This document shows positions 32,953 through 42,932 of a stretch of 64,000 nt of DNA, in pieces. The stretch covers positions 1-64,000 of the forward strand of contig JAHHIK010000001.1 of NCBI GenBank assembly GCA_019358935.1, written 5' to 3'. Position 1 is the first letter of the stretch, and every line of letters starts with the position of its first letter. Source of the DNA: Tolypothrix carrinoi HA7290-LM1 (GTDB taxonomy: Bacteria > Cyanobacteriota > Cyanobacteriia > Cyanobacteriales > Nostocaceae). A model generated the notes under the pieces. The model saw only the letters and a program-made list of their open reading frames with translations. It was not told where the DNA came from and did not search any database. The translations under genes and the position numbers were made by a program.

Positions 32953-33124
32953 GATTGTGGTGCGTTGCGAAGAGCGACAACACACCCTACATTAGGGATG
33001 CGATCGCACAATTACAAAGCTGATAATAGAGGATAACCCAGTTATCATAAATTAATAATGAGTTTGATTTATCTTTCAAAAATTATGCAAAATAATTACA
33101 TTTTTATTTATAGGAGAATTTTTA

Positions 33125-33658
33125 ATGATTGAAGTCAAAGTTTACGTAGGAAAAGATTACGATTTTAGATTTTATGATGGTCGTGGTGATCGCGATGACT
33201 ACTATTGCTTTGATGCTCTCATTTTAGAGCCTGTTAAAATTTCTGGAAAAGACAATCCGATTGCTTATCCAGGCAAGAAACATACCTTTGACTTTGACCA
33301 CTACAATTGTCTTAATACCGATTCAAACATAAAGCAAGTTGTTCGAGATGTACTGTTCCCTAAATATCTTGGAGGTTCAAAGGCAAATTGTATATTGCTT
33401 ATAGAAGTTAAAGAACTTAAGGGGTACGACCTCTTACAAGCAATCAAAAGTGTACAATATATGGATGATGCTCCAATTACTAAAATTGAGCCATTTGTTG
33501 TAAAGAAGCGTAAAGATAAACAATATAATGATTCAAATATACAGATCTACAGCCGTCATTCTTCTGTTTCTAGGATTGGTATGACAGACGTACAAAAAAT
33601 GGAACTGGCTGAAGATATTTACGGCATTCCCGACCCACGCTTACTGTCCGAAGATTGA
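33125..33658 (+). CDS. Hypothetical protein
   Basis: AT-rich 177-aa ORF with upstream AGGAG; no family recognised. Confidence 0.65.
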   Translation: MIEVKVYVGKDYDFRFYDGRGDRDDYYCFDALILEPVKISGKDNPIAYPGKKHTFDFDHYNCLNTDSNIKQVVRDVLFPKYLGGSKANCILLIEVKELKGYDLLQAIKSVQYMDDAPITKIEPFVVKKRKDKQYNDSNIQIYSRHSSVSRIGMTDVQKMELAEDIYGIPDPRLLSED

Positions 33659-34076
33659 ACACTTATCTGTTAAGAAAATACATTTAATTGCCTAGTAAAC
33701 AGAAGAAGTAGGGTGTGTTGTCGCTCTTCGCAACGCACCACATCAATTTTATTAGCAAATTCAACTCAGCTTATAAACCAATTCCATCTTCAACTTATCA
33801 ATCTCAAGCTGCTTAAGTATTTGGTTTGTGAGTTTCTATTGCCATACATTTTTAATGTAGATTTCTATCGAAAATAGCTATTCCTAATCTTCGTATTTCG
33901 AGCCATCAATACGGCTGAAGAAAGCGGGTGTTGTGGGTGACAAGAGTAAGGTCATTGAAGAAGGCGATCGCAGCAATTAACAAATCATTGGATATTTGGG
34001 ATGTTTGAGATCGTGGTGCGTTGCGAAGAGCGACAACACACCCTACTCTAGGGATGCGATCGCGCTAAAACAGTCC

Positions 34077-34356
34077 TTATTTATAAACATCTCCTCTCAT
34101 GCCAATGGTGTAAATTTCAATTTCACCCGAATCAATATTAACTGTAAAGATAATTCTGGTTTTACCAATACGCAGTCTATAAAATCCTTCCCAATCTCCC
34201 TTCATTTTTTTAATGTCAAGGTCTGTGAAGGGAATAATCCCCTGTTATTCAACAACAATCAGGAGTTGGTTGAGTTGAAGAATGAATTTTAGCAGTATCT
34301 TCAATATTTGCCTTTTCTAAAAACTTAATCGCATTTTTACGGAATTTGATTGCCAT
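34077..34356 (-). pseudogene. RelE/ParE toxin, frameshifted
   Basis: MAIKFRKNAIKFL start and KKMKGDWEGFYRLRIGKTRIIF...RGDVYK end are in different frames (280 nt). Confidence 0.75.
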
Positions 34357-34546
34357 ATCTGACCCACTCTGTCATATCAACTGATTCCTCTTCTTCATAG
34401 TCTGATGGTGAACCAAAGATTTCATTCAGTTCTGCTTGTTCTTCATCACTCACATAGGGTATAAGAACTTGACACAACATTCGCTCTTCTCGCAAAACTT
34501 CCCGTATGCTCTCTTTAATTAATGCTTTAAGTTCATGAATTTCCAT
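34337..34546 (-). CDS. Putative antitoxin
   Basis: Small acidic ORF overlapping the start of the RelE/ParE gene. Confidence 0.65.
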   Translation of the reverse strand: MEIHELKALIKESIREVLREERMLCQVLIPYVSDEEQAELNEIFGSPSDYEEEESVDMTEWVRYGNQIP

Positions 34547-34619
34547 TAGTCTTTTTCTTGAGAATACAAAAAATATACTATTTACAAGCTGCTCCTATTT
34601 AAAGCATATATCAAAAATC

Positions 34620-34715
34620 CTGATGCGATTAATAATTGCCGCTATAATTTCCACACTAGTTATTGCTGATATAACGCTTGACTAATGCGCTACTGTCTAG
34701 AAAATAAACTGCCAT
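34620..34715 (-). pseudogene. VapC/PIN toxin remnant
   Basis: MAVYFLDSSALVKRYI followed by an early stop. Confidence 0.7.
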
Positions 34716-34979
34716 CTAACTGCGTTCCTCAATGATAGTTTCAGAAACAGGCTTTCCCTCAACATAAATTAGTCGTCGCTCAGTAATTGGATCGTAAGAA
34801 GTATGCTTGATCTGTTTTACTAAGCCAGAAGAAATCAGAGCTTGGTGAAATTTTGCTTGCTTCACAGTTTCTTCTTTATCAGCAAGATACTTTTTAATTG
34901 TCTGGTTAAGCTGCTGAAGCTCTTCTAATTCAAGTGTTTCAAGCTGCTTAAGTATTTGGTTTAGGGTTTCTAATGCCAT
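34716..34979 (-). CDS. Putative antitoxin partner of the PIN toxin
   Basis: C-terminal GKPVSETIIEER motif; abuts the PIN remnant. Confidence 0.65.
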   Translation of the reverse strand: MALETLNQILKQLETLELEELQQLNQTIKKYLADKEETVKQAKFHQALISSGLVKQIKHTSYDPITERRLIYVEGKPVSETIIEERS

Positions 34980-35053
34980 ACTTTTTAAATGATAATTTAT
35001 TATCGACAAATCATAGCATATCAGATAAAATTGGTATTATTTATTTAGCAAAG

Positions 35054-36472
35054 TTAACTTCGCTTATAAACCAACTCTATTTTCAACTTCTCAATCTCCA
35101 ACTTCAACTTTTCATTCTCCATCCTCAACTTAGCATTCTCCTCCCTCATCAACTCAACTTCATCCCTCTTACTCAAAGCTTGATTAATCGCCAACTTCCG
35201 CATATCTAGCGAGAACCAACGCTGATAAGTTTGAGTGTGAACTTGCACGCTATGTCCTAAATTATCTGCTGCTGCTTTAATTGGTATTCCCAAAATATGC
35301 GCCCTAATTGCCCATGCATGACGTAAATCATACGGCTTAAAATCTAATCCGATTTTCCGAAACCACCAACTAACTCGTTGTGTTAATGCCGTTATCTCTG
35401 CGTGATTACTTTTATCTTTTTTACTAACTGTTGTTGCCAGCATTTCTAAATATTTAGGATTTCTTAAATCAAAGTCTGCAATCCATTCTTTATGTAACGG
35501 TAACGCTTGTCTTTCCCCAGTTTTACACTCTTTATGTACCTTCCATGTCATGTCTGCATTTTCTTGACTTAACCACCATTCGATGTCAGGATTAATAAAA
35601 AGCTCTCGCGGACGTAAACCAAAAGTTGCTAACATTCCATAAGTCCATCGCCAAAGTTGCCAACTATCTTTCACATCTGGATTAACTTGATTACCTCTGT
35701 TATTCAGATAATTTGCAAACTTGATAATTCCGGCGGATATTTCCACATCGCTGGGTATATTCCGGGAATTATTTTCAGGCATTTTAGAATATTTAGATAA
35801 ATCTATTTCGATTTTGAATGTTATGCAAAACGCCGATATAGCCCTCATGGCATTATATCTAGCCCATTCTTTATCGATTTTATCAATTGAATTTATCAGA
35901 TTTTCCGAAGTTGCCAAATCTTTAGCATTAGTGAATCGCTTGGTTCGAGAAAAGTAATAAAAAAAAGTATGTTCGCTTTTTGTCGTGCGTTTATGAGTTT
36001 TGAAATACTCCTCTTCAAATTGTTCGAGTAACTCTCCTATTGTTTTAAGGTCTTTTTTATTTGCCTCATTACCTAAATATTTATCATTCCATTCAAAGGT
36101 ATGCCTTGCAATTAACTTTCCTAATTCATAAGATTCTTCCTCAGCCGTTTTTAATCCATCCAAGTTAGCGGGAATATTTAAGCTAATATTATATTGTTTT
36201 CTTCCAGTGCCGTTTGTGTCTTTATCTCCCGGTTTAATTGGTAACGTCGCTCGTAATTGCAGACTTCCATTAGACTCCCTAATTGTAACCTTTGCCTTTG
36301 CAGACTTCAAACGTTGATTAACTTTTTCTAACTCTAATAGTACTTTTGTTCTCATATACTCTCTTTGCTGCTGTGCTTGCTGACTTGAGCCAAGAAAACT
36401 GCCGTCGGTAGATGAAACTGGCTGCAAGTCTGCAAAAGCTTGTTGATATTTGTCAAAATCCTGGTTATGCAT
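35054..36472 (-). CDS. xisA: nifD element excisase, tyrosine recombinase
   Basis: 472 aa; DKYQQAFADL..SSTDGSFLGSS N-terminus; GLRPRE, YDLRHAWAIR and LGHS...HTQTY catalytic motifs. Confidence 0.97.
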   Translation of the reverse strand: MHNQDFDKYQQAFADLQPVSSTDGSFLGSSQQAQQQREYMRTKVLLELEKVNQRLKSAKAKVTIRESNGSLQLRATLPIKPGDKDTNGTGRKQYNISLNIPANLDGLKTAEEESYELGKLIARHTFEWNDKYLGNEANKKDLKTIGELLEQFEEEYFKTHKRTTKSEHTFFYYFSRTKRFTNAKDLATSENLINSIDKIDKEWARYNAMRAISAFCITFKIEIDLSKYSKMPENNSRNIPSDVEISAGIIKFANYLNNRGNQVNPDVKDSWQLWRWTYGMLATFGLRPRELFINPDIEWWLSQENADMTWKVHKECKTGERQALPLHKEWIADFDLRNPKYLEMLATTVSKKDKSNHAEITALTQRVSWWFRKIGLDFKPYDLRHAWAIRAHILGIPIKAAADNLGHSVQVHTQTYQRWFSLDMRKLAINQALSKRDEVELMREENAKLRMENEKLKLEIEKLKIELVYKRS

Positions 36473-36511
36473 TGCGGTATTTTTAGCCTATATTTAGCCT
36501 AAAAATAAATG

Positions 36512-36558
36512 TGTAATCAGCGAACAATGTTTAAAACTGACACTGCTTGCTGTAAACA
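36512..36558. promoter_or_regulatory. Three tandem TG(T/C)-N9-ACA boxes upstream of xisA (candidate NtcA sites)
   Basis: Boxes at 36512-36526, 36528-36542 and 36544-36558 with 16-bp period. NtcA is known to bind TGT-N9/10-ACA sites upstream of xisA in Anabaena. Confidence 0.65.
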
Positions 36559-36601
36559 TTAGGCTATTTTCAGCTATTAAATCATAAAAAGGATTACTCC
36601 G

Positions 36602-36741
36602 GTCCTTATCACGGTTATGATGGCTTCGCTATCTTCGCTCGCGACATGGATCTAGCACTGAACAGCCCAACCTGGGGATTAATCGGCGCTCCCTGGAACA
36701 AAAAAGCAGAAGCTAAAACAGAAGCTAAGGCGATCGCCTAA
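36602..36741 (+). CDS. nifD: Nitrogenase MoFe protein alpha chain, 3' part
   Basis: Manual translation [32 protein letters not shown]...KAIA*. Confidence 0.97.
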
Positions 36742-36967
36742 AAAAATCGCAAACAAAGGGATAGCCTGGGGCTAAAACCCCAGGAGAAAGTTGGGAATAC
36801 AAAATTCGTCGAGGATGCGCTTTGATCGGAGGAAACCTCCGCTCAAACTTTCCGCAAAATTCAAAATTCAAAGTTCTGAATTTTGCATTCTGAGTTTTGA
36901 ATCATATTCCCGCTTTCCATCCCTCCCTTGCCACACGTAACGACTACAGCAGCTTGGAGAACTAGAA

Positions 36968-38248
36968 ATGCCTCAGAATCCGGAAAATATTCAAGATCAC
37001 GTCGAACTATTCCACCAACCGGAATACCAACAGTTATTTGAAAACAAAAAGCAATTTGAAAACGGACACAGCCCCGAAGAAGTTGCCCGTGTTGCAGAAT
37101 GGACGAAGGGTTGGGAGTATCGTGAAAAGAACTTCGCCCGTGAAGCATTGACCGTCAACCCCGCTAAAGGTTGCCAACCATTGGGTGCAATCTTCGCTGC
37201 TGTTGGTTTTGAAGGCACTCTACCTTTTGTCCAAGGTTCTCAAGGTTGCGTAGCTTACTTCCGCACCCACTTAACCCGTCACTACAAAGAACCGTTTTCT
37301 GGCGTATCTTCTTCGATGACAGAAGACGCAGCGGTGTTTGGTGGACTGCAAAACATGATTGATGGGTTGGCAAACTCCTACCAACTCTACAAGCCAAAGA
37401 TGATTGCTGTCTGCACCACCTGTATGGCAGAAGTTATCGGTGATGACTTGCAAGCTTTCATCAACAACTCCAAGAATGCAGGTTCAGTTCCTCAAGATTT
37501 CCCAGTACCCTACGCTCACACTCCTAGCTTTGTTGGTTCCCACATCACTGGTTATGATAACATGATGAAGGGTATTCTTTCTAACTTGACCGCAGGTCAT
37601 AAGAAAGAAACCAGCAATGGCAAAATCAACTTTATTCCTGGCTTTGATACCTACGTTGGTAACAACCGGGAAATCAAGCGGATGTGTGAATTGATGGGCA
37701 TCGATTACACAATCTTGGCAGATAACAGCGATTATCTGGATTCACCCAACACAGGTGAATTTGATATGTACCCAGGTGGTACTCCGTTGGAAGATGCAGC
37801 AGATTCGATTAATGGTAAAGCCACAATCGCTCTGCAAGCACACTCTACCATCAAAACCCGCGAGTACATCGAAAAAGAATGGAAGCAACCAACTGTTGTT
37901 TCTCGTCCTTGGGGTATCAAGGGTACTGATGAGTTCTTGATGAAACTCAGCGAACTGACTGGTAAACCCATTCCCAAAGAACTAGAAATCGAACGCGGTC
38001 GCGCAGTTGATGCGATGACTGACTCCCATTCATGGCTGCACGGCAAGCGCTTCGCTATGTATGGCGATCCCGATCTAGTTTACAGCGTAGTCGGCTTCAT
38101 GCTAGAAATGGGTGCTGAACCCGTGCATATCCTTGTCCACAACAGCAATGAAAACTTTGAGAAAGAACTCAAAGAGTTGCTAGCTTCTAGCCCCAATGGT
38201 AAGAGTGCTACTCTGTGGGCTGGTAAAGATTTGTGGCACATGCGTTCT
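36968..38248 (+). CDS. nifK: Nitrogenase MoFe protein beta chain, 5' part (427 codons), interrupted
   Basis: NPAKGCQPLG, GSQGCVAYFR and TTCMAEVIGDD motifs. Similarity stops after GKDLWHMRS; the C-terminal ~85 aa are absent from the window. Confidence 0.96.
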
Positions 38249-38268
38249 AAGATGTGTTTGCTATCAGG

Positions 38269-39477
38269 TTAATTAAATAATGTAGTAGTGTGAACATATC
38301 GCAGAATTTCATCCACCGCTCGCTTTGCTCCTCCAGCAGCACGACAAGCGTCACCCAGACGATCGCTGTTTGCGACAAAAGAGCGATCGCCTAGAATTTG
38401 CTGCGCTGTCTTTTGCAAACGTTCCGCTGTCACATCTTCTGGTAAAATCATAATTCCCGCACCCTGCTCCTCAATGCGGTGTGAAATAATCTCCTGCTCA
38501 TAAGTTTGGGGAACTGCAATCATCGGCACCGAGTACCAGACAGCCTCCCGCGCTCCCCCTCCCGCACCGTGCATAATAAACAAACTAGCACGCTCTAATA
38601 TCTTTAGTTGGGGAACAGTACCCGTAGGTCGAATTATAAAGTTTTCTGGGATATCTCCCAAAAGCGCAGCATCCATTCCCGGACTCAACAGCATTATCAC
38701 CTGAGCATCAATGCTGCCAAAAGCCTGAATGCAGCTTTGATAAAATGCCAAACCTGGATCGTGAATGTTGCCAAATGAAATCAGGATTACCTTATCTTTT
38801 TGTAATTGCTCCATTGGAAAATCATATTCCATCGCCCGCACCGGATTGCACGGACCGACAAAATGAAACCGCTCATCGAATTTATCGCTATAAGGCTGAA
38901 GTTCTGGCGGTAAATAACAAATATTTAGAGGTTCGATATTAGTAAATGTATCAATAAATTTAATCGGGGACAAGCCGTAAGTTTCTCGTAGCTCTCGTTG
39001 ATGTTGACGATAGTGCTTCATGCTGCCTGCTGCCTCCTTTAACAATCGGGGAAGTTTCTTTCTTAGTCTGGGACATTCATAGAAACTTTCTGGAGTGAAA
39101 GCAGCGGTAGCGATGGAATTGACAGCGGGAATATTCAGCAACTGCGCTACTAATCTTCCCCAAAGACACAGCGAGTCGTGAATGATGTAATCTGGCTTTT
39201 CCTCACGGACTGATTCTAAAAGTGCCGGCAGCATCTTAAGAGCGCACCAAGTTAACGAGGGTACTAGAGACATTTCGTTTTCCGCTGGTGGTGCTGTCTG
39301 AGGATTTAGCGGAGGATAACAACGAAAAGAAGCTCCAAACGTCTCGATTTCTTTCTGAAAACGGTCAACTTCGTAGTAAATTACCTCTTCACCTCTTTTA
39401 ATTAGCTCTGCCATTAATCCAAAAGTGGGGATGATGTGTCCGGCAGCGGAAACGTTCATGAATATAATACGACTCAT
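38269..39477 (-). CDS. MGT-family (GT1) glycosyltransferase, HasQ-like
   Basis: AAGHIIPT, ISFGN, VPQLKILERASLFIMHG and VPMIAVPQTYEQ motifs. Confidence 0.88.
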   Translation of the reverse strand: MSRIIFMNVSAAGHIIPTFGLMAELIKRGEEVIYYEVDRFQKEIETFGASFRCYPPLNPQTAPPAENEMSLVPSLTWCALKMLPALLESVREEKPDYIIHDSLCLWGRLVAQLLNIPAVNSIATAAFTPESFYECPRLRKKLPRLLKEAAGSMKHYRQHQRELRETYGLSPIKFIDTFTNIEPLNICYLPPELQPYSDKFDERFHFVGPCNPVRAMEYDFPMEQLQKDKVILISFGNIHDPGLAFYQSCIQAFGSIDAQVIMLLSPGMDAALLGDIPENFIIRPTGTVPQLKILERASLFIMHGAGGGAREAVWYSVPMIAVPQTYEQEIISHRIEEQGAGIMILPEDVTAERLQKTAQQILGDRSFVANSDRLGDACRAAGGAKRAVDEILRYVHTTTLFN

Positions 39478-39494
39478 AGAAAAATAACCTGATT

Positions 39495-39615
39495 TGGGAA
39501 TGGGGGAATGGGGAATGGGGAATGGGGAATGGGGAATGGGGAATGGGTAATGGGTAATGGGGAATGGGGAATGGGGAATGGGTAATGGGGAGTGGGGAAT
39601 GGGGTAATGGGGATT
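39495..39615. repeat. STRR heptamer tandem repeat (GGG(G/T)AAT)n
   Basis: Long run of gggaatg/ggtaatg units between the glycosyltransferase and ABC genes. Confidence 0.9.
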
Positions 39616-39627
39616 ATTTGTTATAAA

Positions 39628-41295
39628 TTAGGAAGATACTGCTAACGAAACAGAGATAATAAGCTGATGAAATTTCTTAAGATTGGGGCGATGACCTACA
39701 CTAACAAAGGTTGTCCCTGTCTCTAATAAAAGACGATAAAGATTTTCTTCGTTGTTGACATCTAAAGCGCTCGTTGCCTCGTCTAAAATGGCATATTTTG
39801 GTTTTGTCACTAGTATCCGGGCAAAAGCCAGCCTTTGTTGTTCTCCTAAAGAAAGAACGTAACTCCAATCTTTTTCTACCTCAAAACCACCGAATCGTTC
39901 TGCTAAGTTTGACAGATTTACCCTGTGGAGAATTTGACGAAGTTCTTCATCACTCACATCAACTTTGGCGTTAGGATAAATTAACTGATCGCGTAGAGTG
40001 CCTAAAATCATGTATGGACGCTGCGGTAAAAATAGCATTTCTTCTAATTCCGGACGAAAAATTACACCTGTTCCCGAATTCCACAAACCAGCTAAGGCAC
40101 GCAACAGAGAAGTTTTACCACTACCACTTTCTCCCATAATTAGTAATCCTTGTCCTGGTTGCAGTTCTACCGAGAGATTTTTAAATAAAGTCTTTTGATA
40201 ATTAGGAGTTTCTAAAGTCAGGTTTTCAACTGCTAAACGGTTGTCTTTTACTATATCAATTTTTTTATTAGCTGTTTCTTTTCTTGGCTGTTTGAGATAT
40301 TCATAAAATACGTATAGACGGTCAATTGAAGCCGCAAATTTAGTGAATATTTCAAACTGATACATTATCAAATTCACAGAAAAAGCGACGCTTCCAAACG
40401 CTCCCATAGCTTCTGTCACTTTTCCCACTTCGACTTTACCTATAAGAATCTGGTTTCCGAGAATCAATGCTGGTAATATTAAGGTAAGATTGCCAAATGG
40501 ATATTTAAATACATTTAAATACAACTCTGACCATAAGATTAATCGTTTAAAGTTATTAAATACTTCATTGAATAGAAGTTTAATTTTGTTGGCTTCCTGA
40601 AAGGTTCCGTTATAGAAGGCAATAGACTCGGCATTTTCTCGAATGCGAACTAAACCAAAGCGAAAATCAGCTTCTTTTCTCAGTTGATTTAAATGTAGTT
40701 GAGTTAATTTTCTGCCGTAAAAGCCAATAGTGATAGAGTAAGCTAATATTGAATAAATTAATAAAGCAAAAACTAGATTTATGGAAATATTCCAGAGAAT
40801 GAAGCTAAAAGCAATTACTACAAAAATAGATTCAATAATATTTACAAAAAACTGAATGGATTGCTGGCAAAAACTGGCGACATTTTCGGCAATACGTTGG
40901 TCTGGGTTGTCAATTTCTTGGTTAAAGTTGCTTAACTCATAAAAAGCGCGATCGCTAAAATATTGATTCAAGAAGCGATCGGTCAACCAGCGACGCCAAT
41001 AAATCCCTATTGTCTCTCGCAGATAGCCATAGCCAGAATTAAGGAAACCAGAAATGATTATCCCTCCTAATGCAATTACTACACCTTGCCAGAATCGATT
41101 GCTATCACGGGCAGAAAGGGCAGAAATTAACTCTCCCTGTATGGTATTTAAGAACACCTTGACTTGAGTGTTGGCTAATAATAACACTCCGAGAAGCACA
41201 AGTAGAGCATTAGCACCTTTTTTTTCATTACCTAGCCAATAAAGTTTAGCGATCGCCCAAAACCGCTTGACCACCGTCAAGTTGAATCGATTCAT
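39628..41295 (-). CDS. ABC exporter, fused permease/ATPase (HasA/McyH-like)
   Basis: DNPDQRI, EADFRFGLVRIRENAESIAFY, GESGSGKT, LSLGEQQR and LDEATSALD motifs. Confidence 0.92.
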   Translation of the reverse strand: MNRFNLTVVKRFWAIAKLYWLGNEKKGANALLVLLGVLLLANTQVKVFLNTIQGELISALSARDSNRFWQGVVIALGGIIISGFLNSGYGYLRETIGIYWRRWLTDRFLNQYFSDRAFYELSNFNQEIDNPDQRIAENVASFCQQSIQFFVNIIESIFVVIAFSFILWNISINLVFALLIYSILAYSITIGFYGRKLTQLHLNQLRKEADFRFGLVRIRENAESIAFYNGTFQEANKIKLLFNEVFNNFKRLILWSELYLNVFKYPFGNLTLILPALILGNQILIGKVEVGKVTEAMGAFGSVAFSVNLIMYQFEIFTKFAASIDRLYVFYEYLKQPRKETANKKIDIVKDNRLAVENLTLETPNYQKTLFKNLSVELQPGQGLLIMGESGSGKTSLLRALAGLWNSGTGVIFRPELEEMLFLPQRPYMILGTLRDQLIYPNAKVDVSDEELRQILHRVNLSNLAERFGGFEVEKDWSYVLSLGEQQRLAFARILVTKPKYAILDEATSALDVNNEENLYRLLLETGTTFVSVGHRPNLKKFHQLIISVSLAVSS

Positions 41296-41582
41296 TTGTA
41301 TAATTTATATATGTTTTTAATGATGAAGACTTCCAAAAAGCAAGGGTTCGCTTGTGGATTTTAATACTATACCCTATAGTCACTTGGCTATAATTAATCG
41401 CGGTCAAAGTCAAAATCTCGGCTTTGATGCTGTGTAGTGTTGATTACCAAGTTTTTTCTGATTGGGTGCGACACAAGCGATCGCTTACAGAAAATAATGT
41501 TGTAATATTATGTCGGGTTGAACAACTATAAATAAATATAACAGCCGATTGTCGCTTAAATTAGAAATTTATACATAATAAA

Positions 41583-42866
41583 ATGCGTATTTTCACATTA
41601 ATTTGGTTGGGACAACTAGTTTCTCTGATTGGCACCTGGATGGCTGTATTTGCTCTGGATATCTGGGTTTTTCAGAAAACAGGCTCCGCTACCCAGTTCG
41701 CTTTAGTTACCTTGACTTCTACGGTACCACCGATCCTCATTTCGCCATTAGCAGGCACATTAGTGGATCGTTGGGATCGGCGCTGGACAATGATTATTAG
41801 TCATTTGTGTAATGGGCTGTCTACCCTAACTATTCTGGCGTTAGTAATTACCGGTCAACTAGAAATTTGGCACATCTACCTGAGAAATGTCTTCATTTCA
41901 ATTTTCGGTGCTTTTCATTCGCCTGCTTATAAAGCTTCGATCACATCCTTGGTTCCGAAAGAGGATTTAGCCCGCGTCAACGGTATGGTTCAACTTTCAA
42001 TGGGCATTCAGCAAATCATCTCACCTTTACTAGCAGGTATTTTGCTGAGTCTTATCCAGCTTAAAGGTATTCTCTTTATCGATTTAGCAGCTTTACTGGT
42101 TGCCCTTGTGCCCCTTGTGTTAGTGCCATTCCCGCAAATTAGTCAGCCTGCTGATGAGAACCAAGAGCCTTTATCAATTTTGCGAGAAATAGGCTACGGC
42201 TGGACTTATTTGACTGAGCATTCTGGATTACTAAGGTTTTTGATTGTCTTCACCATTTACCAATTCTTGATCGGGTTTGTTGGTGTACTGATGTATCCCT
42301 TAATTCTTTCTTTGACTACCCCAGCTAGCTTGGGACAAATTGCATTCGTTGGCGGTATTGGTACTCTCGTGGGTGCTTTGGTGATGAGCACTCAGAAAAA
42401 TAGTTGGAAAAACTTGATAGTCCCAATACTTAGCGCCATGTCCTTAAGTGGGCTGTGGATTGCCCTTGCTGGTTTGCGTCCCTCTATTATACAGATTGCG
42501 ATCGCAACTTTACTTTTCTTCGTGACTGCTCCTTTCATTAACGGCTCAGTGCAGGTTATTTTTCAGACACAAGTTGCCGAGCGGGTACAGGGAAGAGTCT
42601 TTGCTTTAACCGGAGCGATATCGGGGATTGCTATACCGCTAGCTGCACTTGTTGCTGGTCCTTTGGCTGACCGTGTTTTTGAGCCACTAATGGCATTTGA
42701 TGGACCTTGGTCTAGAAACATTATTGGTCAGGTGATTGGTTCTGGACCAGGTCGCGGCATCGGACTGCTATTTGCGATCGTCGGGTGTTTTATAATGGTT
42801 GCAGCACTTATTGCCTATCAATACCCTGGCATCAGAGAATTAGAAGAAAATTTACCTGATGCGTGA
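41583..42866 (+). CDS. MFS transporter (HasK/HasZ-like)
   Basis: GTLVDRWDRR, QGRVFA and GPGRGIGL motifs. Confidence 0.9.
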   Translation: MRIFTLIWLGQLVSLIGTWMAVFALDIWVFQKTGSATQFALVTLTSTVPPILISPLAGTLVDRWDRRWTMIISHLCNGLSTLTILALVITGQLEIWHIYLRNVFISIFGAFHSPAYKASITSLVPKEDLARVNGMVQLSMGIQQIISPLLAGILLSLIQLKGILFIDLAALLVALVPLVLVPFPQISQPADENQEPLSILREIGYGWTYLTEHSGLLRFLIVFTIYQFLIGFVGVLMYPLILSLTTPASLGQIAFVGGIGTLVGALVMSTQKNSWKNLIVPILSAMSLSGLWIALAGLRPSIIQIAIATLLFFVTAPFINGSVQVIFQTQVAERVQGRVFALTGAISGIAIPLAALVAGPLADRVFEPLMAFDGPWSRNIIGQVIGSGPGRGIGLLFAIVGCFIMVAALIAYQYPGIRELEENLPDA

Positions 42867-42932
42867 ATCTTCATTACAACAAAGTGCCCCTAATTTAAAA
42901 ATGATAGAGGCAAGTCTCATTGCTTCTACTTT

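Larger units (their letters stand above)
31420..34046. repeat. Five GTAG-type REP palindromes around the RAYT gene
   Basis: GTAGGGTGYGTTGTC...GCAACGCACC at 31420-31451(+), 32303-32333(+), 32959-32990(-), 33708-33739(+) and 34015-34046(-). Confidence 0.88.
21717..36601. mobile_element. nifD (xisA) excision element, 14,874 bp between repeat starts
   Basis: Direct repeat GGATTACTCCG at 21717-21727 and 36591-36601; xisA at the right end; excision restores [13 protein letters not shown] in frame. Confidence 0.97.

Noticed and set aside
36968..38272. Complete short NifK or a simple nonsense pseudogene
   Set aside because: No NifK-like sequence continues in any frame after 38248; foreign DNA begins at once.
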